64,000 nt of DNA. It comes from an uncultured Pseudomonadota bacterium (GTDB lineage: Bacteria; Pseudomonadota; Gammaproteobacteria; Burkholderiales; JALYOK01). Of this stretch, positions 27,320 to 38,683 are shown in pieces; positions within the stretch are counted from its first letter, which is position 1; each line of letters begins with the position of its first letter. The translations under genes and the position numbers were made by a program. The notes under the pieces were generated by a model. The model was not told where the DNA came from. It did no database searches and saw nothing but the letters and a program-made list of their open reading frames with translations. The stretch covers positions 585,126 to 649,125 of the forward strand of contig CAWJAF010000003.1 in the NCBI GenBank assembly GCA_963840785.1. The letters run 5' to 3'.

Positions 27320-29224
27320 ATGTTCGGCAACAACAAATTTCTCAGCAAGGCATTATTACTCATCTGCTGCGGCTTGCTTTACGCTGCCTTGGCGTTCGCG
27401 AATGTAAATAGCCAAGCTGTCCCATCTGAGCAAACCCAACTTCTCACGCAAGCCAAAATAATTCTGAGCGATAGCGATGTGCCGCCGCCGGATTCCGACG
27501 CGTGGCAATCACAATCGTTGCCGGATAACTGGAATAAATCCCGCCCGGGAAACGGTGGTTTCGCTTGGTACCGCATCGAATTTGAACTCATGCCCGAGCA
27601 ACTAAAGCTCTCCGCGCTTTATGTCCCGCGCGTAAGCATGAACGGCGCAGTGATGATCAATGGCGAATACCTCGGCGGCGGGGGTGAATTCGCCGAACCC
27701 ATGGCGCGACAATGGTATCGGCCGCAATTTTATTCAGTGCCCGATAAGCTTCTTAAGAGCGGCACGAACGTCATTCATTACCGTGTCAAGGCTTACCCGA
27801 ACAACAAGGGTGGGCTGTCGGAAATCCATTTTGGCCTCGCCCAACCGATCGAAGAAAAATGGCGTAAGCGCTATTTTTGGCAAGTCACCAGCGTGCAAAT
27901 CACCAGCGTATTGACCTTCAGTCTGGGCATCATGGCCTTGTGCGCATGGTATTTGAGGCGAGGGGAAAATGCGGCTTATGGTTACTTCGGTGCATCCGCC
28001 TTGCTTTGGGCGTTGCGTAACACGCATTTCTTGTTTACTTACATTCCAATGCCTGCGGTGTATTGGGAAATCCTCGTTGCGACGTCACTAATCTGGGTAC
28101 TGCTGCTGGTTTATATGTTCGGTTTGCGTTTTGACAATTTGCATCTTCCTAGAGCGGAGCGGTTTGTGTTTGCGTTCGCAATCGCCGCGCCTTTCCTGCT
28201 TTGGGCGGCGGGTCAAATGAAACTCACTTTCGCGATTGGGATTTGTTACGGTGCCGTGCTGTTTACCGGCGCATATTTACTGAAGGTGGTGTTCGATGTC
28301 GCGCGACGCGAACGCCGGCTCGACACCATCATGCTGTTCTGTGCTTCGATTATTGTTTACAGCTTTGGTGTGCACGATTGGGTGACCCAGCGCGATGCCT
28401 TAGGATTTAGCGAGCCATACAATTTACATTTCGGCGCGCCGATTTTCTTTGTGATCGTCGCATGGAATATGCTGAGACGATTTTCCCAAGCGCAAACGGA
28501 GGCCGAACAATTGAACCGTTCTCTCGAAACGCGCGTCCAACAAAAAAGCGCCGAAATTGAACTCAGCTATGAAAAAATGCGCGAAGCGGAAGCCGCGCGC
28601 ATGCTCGTGACCGAACGCGAACGCATCATGCGTGACATGCACGACGGCGTCGGCTCGCAACTCATCGCCGCGCGCCAGCTCGCCGAGCGCGGCGAACTTA
28701 AGCCGGAAGAACTGGTAATGGTGTTGAACGAATGCATGGACGATCTGCGCCTAGTCATCGATTCGCTCGAGCCGACCGAGGGCGATCTTCTTAACGTAAT
28801 CGGCAACCTGCGCTATCGCTTAACGGATCGATTCGCCCGGCAGGGCATTGATCTCAAGTGGGAGGTCAGCGATTTTCCGGCAAACCTGCGGCTCGCGCCG
28901 AGCGGCATTTTGCATATTCTGCGCATCGTGCAAGAAGCCTTCGCCAATGTGCTCAAACACGCGGGCGCGAGCGAAGTGATCTTTTCTGCCACGCTCGTGC
29001 CGCAGCGACAACAGATCAAACTGAGCGTTCGCGACAATGGCTGTGGAGTGAGCAACGAAGCGGCGAATGGCGCGAGCCGCGGCCGCGGGCTGGCGAATAT
29101 GAAGCAACGCGCCGAAACCGTCGGCGGCGAATTACACATCGACGCTGATGAGGGCGGCTGCGTCGTCACCTTGACGCTGCCGCTCTTGAATCCCGCCGCG
29201 CCGGATTTAACCTTGCGTTCTTAA
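27320..29224 (+). CDS. 7TMR-DISM-type sensor histidine kinase (extracellular domain, 7 TM, HisKA_3, HATPase)
   Basis: Signal/extracellular region, then a block of about 7 hydrophobic helices. H-box MRDMHDGVGSQL, N-box QEAFANVLKHAGAS, and DNGCGV. Confidence 0.85.
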   Translation: MFGNNKFLSKALLLICCGLLYAALAFANVNSQAVPSEQTQLLTQAKIILSDSDVPPPDSDAWQSQSLPDNWNKSRPGNGGFAWYRIEFELMPEQLKLSALYVPRVSMNGAVMINGEYLGGGGEFAEPMARQWYRPQFYSVPDKLLKSGTNVIHYRVKAYPNNKGGLSEIHFGLAQPIEEKWRKRYFWQVTSVQITSVLTFSLGIMALCAWYLRRGENAAYGYFGASALLWALRNTHFLFTYIPMPAVYWEILVATSLIWVLLLVYMFGLRFDNLHLPRAERFVFAFAIAAPFLLWAAGQMKLTFAIGICYGAVLFTGAYLLKVVFDVARRERRLDTIMLFCASIIVYSFGVHDWVTQRDALGFSEPYNLHFGAPIFFVIVAWNMLRRFSQAQTEAEQLNRSLETRVQQKSAEIELSYEKMREAEAARMLVTERERIMRDMHDGVGSQLIAARQLAERGELKPEELVMVLNECMDDLRLVIDSLEPTEGDLLNVIGNLRYRLTDRFARQGIDLKWEVSDFPANLRLAPSGILHILRIVQEAFANVLKHAGASEVIFSATLVPQRQQIKLSVRDNGCGVSNEAANGASRGRGLANMKQRAETVGGELHIDADEGGCVVTLTLPLLNPAAPDLTLRS

Positions 29225-29271
29225 ACGTAACGCGCAGGGCGAATCTTCATTTCTCTCCCGCGAGATACGCC

Positions 29272-29375
29272 AAGAGCCGCGCCGCGCTTGCCTCCTGGCT
29301 CGACAGGTTCGCAGAACTACCATCCATGCGCCTTCTGGCGCGATCCCGGTAAGTAATTCAATTCCCATTGGCGCA
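29272..29375. repeat. about 100-bp direct repeat, copy A (after the kinase gene)
   Basis: TTGCCTCCTGGCTCGACAGGTTCGCAGAACTACCATCCATGCGCCTTCTGGCGCG...AATTCCCATTGGCGCA aligns with 32195-32297. Confidence 0.85.
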
Positions 29376-29596
29376 TCCCCTTTTTAGGGGATAGCCATGC
29401 CGATTAAGCCGGCATAGACTTTCGCGACGTGATGCTACGGTCGCACGTCGTCCAGGCGGCGTTTAAAAATATCTCGAACCCGCGCAAACGATCGAACCTT
29501 TACTAAATGTGCCGGAAATGACGGAGCAAGAAGCGCATGCGCGCTTAGATAAGACGTTTAACGACAACACGGGTGATAAGAACAAGGAGAAAGACT

Positions 29597-31577
29597 GTGA
29601 AGATGAAAGAAAGAATCGGCTCTATCGTGGCATTTTCCCTGGCTGTTTTAATAGGCGGCTGTGGCGGTGGGGGGGGGAGGCGGCCGCGCTGGTTCAAATC
29701 AAGAACCGCAAGTTGCCAAAGTCGAGATTCAGCAAACCGGCTTGATCCTGACACAGAGCGGAGAAACGAAACAACTTGCTGCTAAAGCCACCGATGCGCA
29801 AGGTAATACTATCGATGTTCCGATAACATGGTCGTCGACGAAGACATCAGCGATCACAGTTGATGATACCGGCAAAGCCAGCGCCGCATCGGCCAATGGA
29901 TCCAGCCAAATTGTCGCCGCGGCAGGCGACGTTAAGTCCGCGCCACTCCTTGCTGTTGTCACACAACCGGTACTCAACGCGATTCTTCTCGCCGATGCGC
30001 AGATTGTCGGCGAACCGATTGAAACTACACCGGATGCAACGCCGAGTTTTAGCAACACCTACCAGGTCACGTTAACCGGCATTTCGCCACCCGTGGCCGG
30101 CTCGATATTGATCAGTACCGAATCCAAAGCGGTTGCTGGTCGCGTATTGGCCGTGGATAGCACCAGCGATCCGATGAAAGTCACTGTCGGCCTCGTATCC
30201 CTGCGCGAGTTATTTCCGAATCTCGACATCAATGAAACGTTAGATTTGACCAACGCGTCGGTCGAAATTCCGGCGGATATCGCGGCGGCCTACGATGTTA
30301 AGCGCAGCGGAAACACGTTTGACTTCAGCCCGAAGGCTAACCTCACACCAGTTGCGGCGCTTCGCGTGAAACCGCAAGCCGGCGGGTTTGGCACAAGCGT
30401 GTTGCCGCCATTTTTATCGTGCGAAAACACGCGCTCTGGACTGACGCCCGGGACATTGCCGGCGAAGCTAAGCTTTCCCCCAATCTTCAGCATCACGCTA
30501 AATTCTAGTTTCGATATTTTGTATAGTCGGGCAAATGGCCTGGAGCGACTTGTCCTTAATGCAAAGCCGGAGTTTAAATTTGAAGGCGGGATTGATTTTA
30601 CCGTGGCATTTGAGGAAAAGTTCGAATGCAAGGCGGAATTGGCAATTATCCGCATTCCGGTCGGCGGCGCGCTATCGTTTCTCATTAGCGGTTTGGTGCC
30701 GATGGGCGTTGGGATTGAGTTAGGCGGAAAAATTACGGTGGCGACTGCAGGAATCGGTACGAAAGTTACCGGTGAAGCGAAGGCATCGCTCGGTATATCC
30801 TGCCCGCCCGGAGGCGCATGCGTATTCGTCAAGAGTTTGGACAGTTTCAAACACGATGTCGTACCCAATTTAAATTTGCCGACTATCGGTGATTTGCGCT
30901 TGGAGCCTTCTCTCTCTGCATTTGCGTATGCGGAAGCATCTATTGGAAATCCGTTTTTAAGATCGCTGCGGTTCGACGCCTTCGAAGCCAAAACCGGCGC
31001 GAAGCTTGAGGGTAGCTTTGCGATACCTATTAGTCAGTTGTCCGATACGACCTATCAATCCAACTACAAGGTGTCTATCGACGCTAAAGCAAGCGTAGGC
31101 ACGAACCTGAGCGACCTGGCAAAGGCCCTGGGCACCGGTAGCATTACCGCCGTGGAGTTGGCCTTCTCTGCCGATCTGGCCAAATCGCCGGTTGGCATTG
31201 CGACAGAGCCGATTACCGCAGACCGAAAGACGTTTGTAACCGGTGACACGATGAAATTCACCATCAAACTTGATCCCGCAAGTATCGATTTTTTCCCAGG
31301 GCTTGGTCCTTACAACGTGAAAACAATTCAACTAGTCCGCGATGGCCCCGGTGGGCCCAAGGTGGTCGGTTCGGTCACTGCCGCAGATAAACAAACCGAA
31401 TTTGAAATTCCGTTTACGTCAAGCGATGCCGGGAAGGTCAGTGAGTTCTCGGCATTCGTGGTGACAAAGCTCTTGCCCGCTGATCTGTTAGCGCTGGAGA
31501 TTGGGCAAGCCGCCGGCAAGGAACCGCCGGCGCCCGGCACAATCGCGCTGGGAGTGATTTCGTCCGGGATCGGATAA
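29597..31577 (+). CDS. surface lipoprotein with Big_2 (bacterial Ig-like) domain; signal peptide and body are out of frame at a G9 tract as assembled
   Basis: The signal peptide and lipobox (M)KMKERIGSIVAFSLAVLIGGC are in the frame of ORF 29573..29785. The body (VAKVEIQQTGLILTQSGETKQLAAKATDAQGNTIDVPITWSS...) is in ORF 29661..31577. One extra G would join the two. Confidence 0.7.
29669..29677 (+). repeat. homopolymeric G9 tract inside the lipoprotein 5' coding region
   Basis: Counted directly in ggcggtGGGGGGGGGagg. Confidence 0.9.
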
Positions 31578-31669
31578 TTCGCGCCCGCCAGACCAGCTAT
31601 TGATTTCAAAATCGGTAACCGTGGGCGGGCAAACAAATATCGTTTTAAACATAGACACACCCATCGTCA

Positions 31670-32134
31670 GTGGGGAGCAACGATCTCAATGCAACAACGG
31701 GTACCGCATCGGGTGAATTAACCACAACGCGAACTGCAGTCTCCATTGCTCGATCAGTTTTTTGCGCAACATCGGCGATAGCAACTACTACGTCCGTGTC
31801 AATAGTCAAGGCCATCCCTGATCTTTTTGCCACAAGAGTGGGGTCACTGACCTTATCAGCCAACGGTCATTACGGTGACAGTTTTCCTCTGATAATCAGT
31901 GTTCCTGCGGCCGAACACACGATTACAACCACCACCTTCGACGCCGGAGCACCGTGTTTTCCACCGATTGCGCCAGTGATATCCGATTCGGGAACGTTCA
32001 TTAACTTCACAGCTCACATTCAGGGGACCCTCATAAATGGCCGCCTTTTGGGAAGCGAAACCAGTTCTGTTGTTTCGGGCACAGGGCCGGGACTCCGCAA
32101 TGACGTTAGTATCAGCTGGAATCTTGGAAATTGA
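31670..32134 (+). CDS. hypothetical Thr/Ser-rich protein with no recognisable signal peptide or domain
   Basis: 154-aa ORF directly downstream of the lipoprotein gene. Coding status is unverified. Confidence 0.35.
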   Translation: MGSNDLNATTGTASGELTTTRTAVSIARSVFCATSAIATTTSVSIVKAIPDLFATRVGSLTLSANGHYGDSFPLIISVPAAEHTITTTTFDAGAPCFPPIAPVISDSGTFINFTAHIQGTLINGRLLGSETSSVVSGTGPGLRNDVSISWNLGN

Positions 32135-32194
32135 CCTGTTTTGCCGAACACGCTGGGCAGGCGGAGCCAGTGCCGCGCACGGTGCGACTTCGGC

Positions 32195-32297
32195 GAGAGC
32201 CGCTCGCTGATTGCCTCCTGGCTCGATAGGTTCGCAGAACTAACATCCAAGCGCCTTCTGGCGCGTTCCTTAAAGTAATTCCATTCCCATTGGCGCA
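32195..32297. repeat. about 100-bp direct repeat, copy B (before queG)
   Basis: Aligns with 29272-29375 at roughly 90 percent identity by eye. Confidence 0.85.
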
Positions 32298-32368
32298 AGC
32301 GCTTTTCGTGCGAGAACGCTAGCCCGTTGTTTTTTTCACTTCATGCGCGCTTCGTTTATCATCGCACG

Positions 32369-33442
32369 ATGGATGCATCGACACTCGAGCAACTTGCCGC
32401 AAATATCAAGGCCTGGGGAAACGAGCTGGGGTTTTCCGCAATCGGCATCGCCGACGTCGATCTTGGCAACGCCGAAGAAAAACTGTTGCGTTGGCTGAAA
32501 CAAAACTACCACGGCACAATGGATTACATGGCGCGCCACGGCGCAAAGCGCGCGCGGCCTGCCGAACTGGTGCCGGGAACGCTGCGGGTCATTTCGGTGC
32601 GCCAGGATTATTCGGTTGACGAGGTTCGCGACAGCCACGAAGTTTTAAAGGATGGCGCGCGAGCGTTTGTCGCTCGCTATGCAATGGGCCGCGACTATCA
32701 TAAAATTTTGCGCGGCAAACTCAAGCGGCTCGCCAAAAAAATCGAACTGCCATCGGCGATTTTCAGCATCGCGTGTTCACCGACAGCGCGCCGGTGATGG
32801 AAGTAGAACTCGCCGTCAAAGCCGGATTAGGCTGGCGCGGCAAGCACACCTTGTTGCTTGATCGCCGCGGCGGATCGCTATTTTTTCTCGGCGAAATTTT
32901 TACCGATCTGCCATTGCCGATCGATCAACCGGTCGCAAACCATTGTGGATCGTGCCAGGCCTGTATCGACGTCTGCCCGACTGGCGCGATCGTCGCGCCC
33001 TATGTGCTGGACGCGCGGCGCTGCATTTCCTATCTCACCATCGAGCACAAGGGCAGCATTCCGGAGGAATTTCGCAAGCCCATGGGCAATCGCGTTTACG
33101 GTTGCGACGATTGCCAACTGGTTTGCCCGTGGAACAAATTTGCGAAACAAACCGACGACAGCTGATTTTCGCGTGCGCAATGGCTTGGATGATGCCGAGC
33201 TCGTTACGCTATTCGCGTGGACAGAGAAAGAATTTGCCACGCGCCTCGCTGGCAGTGCGATTCATCGTATTGGCTACGAACAATGGTTGCGCAATCTCGC
33301 GGTCGGCTTAGGTAACGCACCGTCGACGCCTGCAGTAATCCAAGCGCTGCAATCGCGGCGCGATGATCCCTCAAGCCTGGTGCGCGAGCATGTCGCTTGG
33401 GCGATTGCCCAACACGGCGAGCGTCAAGCCACTAAATCTTAA
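32369..33442 (+). pseudogene. queG: epoxyqueuosine reductase, reading frame broken twice as assembled
   Basis: Three consecutive pieces lie in three ORFs (32327..32797, 32773..33165, 32858..33442). 4Fe-4S motifs are [16 protein letters not shown] and [16 protein letters not shown]. The shifts are near 32760 and 33155. Confidence 0.85.
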
Positions 33443-35471
33443 AACTCGCCTCGCTTGCAAAAATCTCCAGGCTCAACTGCAACGAATCGACGTCGGGCGA
33501 AAATGGATAGTGGATGACGAGCGTGACCGCTTGCATGATTTTCTCAAAGCCCGCTTCCGACTGTGAAACGGTATAAAACGGCTTCGCAGTCAGTGCTAGC
33601 GGACGATTTGATAGCAGCACCAACGATCCGCCCAACACGTCGTCTTCCAGTGCCAGTTCAGTTAAATCGGCAAATTTGTGTAGCTGCCCAAATCCGCCCG
33701 GGCAATGGCCTTGGAACCAATAACGCCCCGCCGGACCATCACAACTGGGCATCGAAATATTGAGTTCAACCTCCAAGAATCCGCGCATCGCACGGCCAAA
33801 CGCATAGCCGACACTCAAATTATTTTTACTTAACTGCATTTCCTTATACAGCGTTCCGCCATCGGTTTCCGTCGTAAAAATCAAATTTCGATTGCCTTCG
33901 GAAACCAGTAAATATTGCGGCTCAACCGTTTCGTAGCCGATATGGCTCGGATAGAGCTTATCGTGAAATAGTCCCTTGCCCTGCTGATCGATAGCGAGAT
34001 CGGACGGCACAATCAATGATTTGAAACTAACGCGATCGTGCGCCGAGGCGATGCCGCCAGACGCGGCAGCCCCCGCCTCACCGGCTTGAATTTTGCGGCG
34101 ATAGTGCTCCGGTTGGCGACGCAAAGTATCGACGAAATTGTGTTTTAAGAAATAGCTATCGAATTCCCGTACGGTCGCGGAGCCATCCAAATTGATGACC
34201 GCTTGCACCGTGTCGTTGTGCAAGAACAGCTCCATGTGGCCATCGCTATCCAAATCTTCTTGGTAACGTTCGGGACGCGCCGCCGATCGATCCAGATGTG
34301 CCTCCAAGCTCAATCATCGCCGCGTAAAGAGCGCGGCGCAGATGCGGCAAATAGAGCCCGCCAAACAAGCCATGCCAATAAGCGTCATTGGCTTGCGCTT
34401 GGTAGAGCAGCACGCGCATCTTCGGTGTCGCTAGCTCGCGGCGCGAGTTGCGCAAGCCGCTCAGATAATCGCAGCATGCGCTTATGCATCCAATTCGATT
34501 CGGGATAGCGACTGAAGAAATTCTTCCAAATGCCGCCGCGAATGAACGCCTTATTTTCTTCGTATTGGTGATTGAGTTTGCGTTCGGCGACGAAATCCGC
34601 ATAAAGATTCGCCGCAGGCGCCGGTAACGACCATTCGTTCATTTCGATGTAAGATGCCGTCGGTAAATACACGATTCCGCGCGTCGGGGCATCTCGATAA
34701 TACGTCGGCGTAATGACTGGTTTGAATGATACTGGACTTCAGCACACCTTCAATGAATTGTTTCAGCCAACCGCGGGTGTAAACCCAATCAAAGGTTTCC
34801 GGCCAGATGCCGAGCTTTTCGATGTCGTCAAAGTAAACCGCTGCGGCCCTGCCGCTATCGTCCGCGAGCGATTCGATATAGCGCACCACTTCGTCTGCCT
34901 GCGCAAATGGAATGCGATAACGCAATTGTTCTGAGATTGGAAATAGGGCGAGTTGGCGGCCATCTTCTTCTGTCGTGAAATAGCCGTTCAATTCCGAAGG
35001 CGTACGGCCGGTGCAGAGAAAATGATAATCATCGACGGTGACGTAGCGAATCCCCGCATCCGCAAGCGCCGGGACGACCGTGCTTTCCCATACCCGCTCC
35101 GTGAGCCAAGCGCCGGTCGGACGTTGCGCGAGCTGCCGTTCGAGACGATTGCTCAGCGTGACGATTTGTCCAACCCGATCGCGATGTGGAATCGCGGCGA
35201 GAATCGGCTCGGTATCGCCGCCGCCAAAAATCTCTACCTGTCCACGCTGCACCATTTCGCGCAACAACGCCATATCCTCCGGATGATGTTGGAACAAAAA
35301 TTCCAGCAGCCAGCCGCTGAAATGCACCGCAAAGCGAAACTGGGGATACTCATGCAATGTGTGAATGAACGGCCGGTAACACCGGGCGTGGGCGTCGTGA
35401 ATCACCTCGGGAAAATTACCTACCGGTTGATGCGCATGGACGCCAAGCAAAAGCTTAATCGAGGGTTGCAT
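33432..35471 (-). pseudogene. GH57-family alpha-amylase/4-alpha-glucanotransferase-like protein, at least 3 frameshifts as assembled
   Basis: The N terminus is MQPSIKLLLGVHAHQPVGNF.... Collinear pieces lie in ORFs 34551..35471, 34385..34672, 34246..34602 and 33432..34313. The joins are near 34680, 34450 and 34310. Confidence 0.8.
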
Positions 35472-35486
35472 GAATTCTTGTTAGAT

Positions 35487-37177
35487 TTAGGAAACGCGCC
35501 GCATGGCGCCCGACGAATCGGAATGTGTGGTGCCTCGACTTAGCGGCTCGCGCAAAATTTCCGGTGCCGGGAGACGTAGCAACGAATACAAATTGGCGAG
35601 ATTGCGCCGATATAATTCGTCGAAACTTTTCACGCTCTCGCTTGGATTGTAGTCGCCCGGCCACCAAAACCAATCCGATGCTTCACAACTCGCCAATTGG
35701 CGCGCTGCGGCGTTGCGCTCAGCGTCCGAAAAATTGCCACTCGCGATTTCGCGATCGTATGCGTGCTTCGCGTTGCACAATAACTCCCAGGCGCGGTTTT
35801 TTGCCGGGTCACCGATCCAAGTGGAAAAGGTGCCGTAGACCCAGCTACCGGCGGCAATATGAGTCAGATCGGTCAACGCTTCGCGTAGTGCGGCTTCGCC
35901 GAACGTCGTCAGGCGAATTCGAGGGTGTGCAGCGAGCAAGGTGTAGAGTTCTGACAGAAAATAAAATCCATTATACGGATAATATTCCCAGGCATTTTCA
36001 CCATCCATGATGATGCTGACCACCGGCGTTTCGCCATTCGGCGCGCGATCGGCAATGCCTTCGAGTTCACGGATAAAATCCAATGCCGCATCTTTTCCTA
36101 GCCATTTCGCATATTCGAATCCGATCTTGTCCGAAAGCCGATCGTCGCGAAAAAATCCGACAATCGCGCCAGCGTTAGACGTGCGATCCGATAGGGCCGG
36201 TACAAATAACGTTCGCGCTCGCCGGCGGCCTCGCGCAAGCTATGGCGCAAAACCGCCTCGCCACTGGCGGTCCAGCGAAAACCGGCATTCGCAAACACAC
36301 CGGCTGCAGAATGAGACAGGCCGCCCTCCGCCGGCCATATGCCTTGCGCAGCCGCACCAAATCTAGCGCTGTGGCTGGCACTCGCCGAGTCTACGTGCCA
36401 GCGCAAGCGCGCCGCACCATCGGGGTAATTTTCGCAATGCGGCAATTTCACATCCGGCCAACTGTCACGGGCGCTGGCGAAATCCAATAGCAGTGGCGCG
36501 ATCGGATGATAATGCGGCGTGGTCGACAATTCGATACGTCCTGCTTCCTGCAATGCTCGATATCGTGGAATCAAATTGGCAATCAGCTTTCCCAGAAGCT
36601 CGATCAAGGTGCGGCGATCGTCGACGGAAAAATGCTTGCCCTGCTTCAACCATAGCGCGATTCGCGGATCGTCACGGCGCACCGTTTCGCCGAGCCAGGT
36701 CAGGTGATACCACATCAACAAATCGGCGAAATACTGCGGCGACAAATAGGCCAGATTCGTCATCTTCGTTGTCGGAAAAATGCTCAACGGCCCGTTGTAA
36801 GCGTTGGTACGCCGGGTAGGAATCGATCATCGTCGCCTGATTGCAACGAAAACAATTCGCGACAATGAGCGCCCTATCGGATACCGTCAACGCGGCCAAA
36901 TCGGGTTTCGCCAAGCAACCGCAATAACGGATCGCGAAAATTGTTCTGTCGCGAATTGAGCCGCATAATCTTCGATCTGATCAAGCAAAATCGGCACGAA
37001 ATTAAACACGGCGCGCGCCTCCGGCATTTGCTCGAGATACCACGCCATATCGGTGTAGTCTTTGATCGCGTGCAAATAAGTCCATGGTAGCGCGAACTCA
37101 CCGCTGGTATGGTCGCGGTAATCCGGCTGGTGCATATGCCAACAAAGAATTAATTCGAGATGCTTGGATTCATTCAT
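35487..37177 (-). pseudogene. second GH57-family glycoside hydrolase (branching-enzyme-like size), at least 5 frameshifts as assembled
   Basis: The N terminus is LELILCWHMHQPDYRD.... Collinear pieces lie in ORFs 36887..37177, 36874..37101, 36672..36914, 36098..36787 and 35487..36083. Confidence 0.75.
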
Positions 37178-37280
37178 GGAAATTTGTTTTCAATACTGCT
37201 CGCTCCTCTTCACGGGAAGGCAATTTCTGCCGGCGAGACTGCCCGGAGAGCCGCGCGAATACTGGCTCTCAGAGGCATGA

Positions 37281-38585
37281 TCAACGAATATGGTGAACTT
37301 CTTGTCCTAACATTTCGGCGGTGATCAAAGTTACCCCATTATCGGTCACATGGAATCGCTTTCGATCACTCTCTTTATCGAAGCCGACTTCTAAACCATC
37401 TGGAACACGAGCACGCTTGTCGATCACCACTTTGCGCAAGCGCGCATTCTCGCCGATATGCACGTCGGGCAGAATCACGGAATCTTCGATTTCCGAGTAA
37501 CTGCCGACACGTACGTCGGAAAACAAGAGCGAGCCGCGAATTGAAGCGCCGCTGATAATGCAGCCCCCGGAAACCAACGAGTCCACCGCCATGCCGCGGC
37601 GTTCGTCGTCATCGAACACAAATTTCGCCGGCGGTAATTGTTCTTGATAAGTCCAAATCGGCCATTCCCGATCGTACATATTCAGATCCGGCGTGACGCG
37701 ACACAGTTCCATATTTGCCTCCCAATAGGAATCGATGGTCCCCACATCGCGCCAATAGGGAACCTTATTTCCATCCACCGACACACAACTGTCGCTAAAG
37801 CGATGGGCATAAACTCGATAGCGATTCACCAAATAGGGAATGATGTCTTTACCGAAATCGTGGCTGGATTTCGGTTCGTCGGCGTCGCGTTTGAGTTGTT
37901 CGTAGAGAAACGCCGCATTAAAAACATAAATGCCCATGCTCGCCAGTGCTCGCGTCGGGATCGCCCGGAATATGCGCAGGATTATTCGGCTTCTCGGCAA
38001 ATTCGATGACACGCTGCTCATCATTCACCGCCATCACGCCGAATGCCTTGGCATCGGCAAGCGGCACATCCAGGCACGCGACCGTCATATCCGCCTGCAT
38101 TTGCACATGCTGCGCGATCATTTTGCCGTAGTCCATTTTATAGATATGATCGCCGGCCAAGTATCAAAATGTATTCCGGCGCGTAGTCGCGAATAATGTC
38201 GATATTCTGAAATACTGCATCCGCCGTGCCTTTATACCAACTCTCGTCCTAGGCGCTGTTGCGCGGGCATCAGATCGATACTTTCCTTAAACTGTCCAGC
38301 CAAAAAACTCCAACCGCGTTGCAGATGTTGCAACAGGCTGTGGGCTTTGTATTGAGTGGCGACGCCAATGCGGCGAATACCGGAGTTAATGCAATTGGAC
38401 AACGGAAAATCGATGATACGAAATTTGCCGCCGAACGGCACAGCGGGCTTAGCGCGCCAATCGGTAAGCGGCCCGAGTCGGCTGCCGCGGCCGCCGGCGA
38501 GAATCATTGCGAAGGTATTTTTCGTCAGCCGACTGACGTAGCGGCCAGCGGGTTGTCCAGTTTTACCTCGTGCGCTATTTTCCAT
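37281..38585 (-). pseudogene. glgC: glucose-1-phosphate adenylyltransferase, at least 3 frameshifts as assembled
   Basis: [44 protein letters not shown] is in 38232..38585. [16 protein letters not shown] reads in another frame at about 38170-38245. [12 protein letters not shown] is in 37918..38160. The C-terminal left-handed helix part is in 37281..38024. Confidence 0.85.
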
Positions 38586-38683
38586 CGTTACTCCGCAATG
38601 TTTGATTGATTTTCGAAAGTGTTGCTGACGGCCCGGCTAGCATCTGCGTATTATAACGACATTAGTCATTCACCGACCGCCCA

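Noticed and set aside
30290-30991. 233-aa minus-strand ORF inside the Big2 lipoprotein gene, with similar shadow ORFs at 19747-20307, 55330-55887, 57595-58062 and 8484-8915
   Set aside because: All of them are antisense or out of frame relative to recognisable genes, and none has family features.
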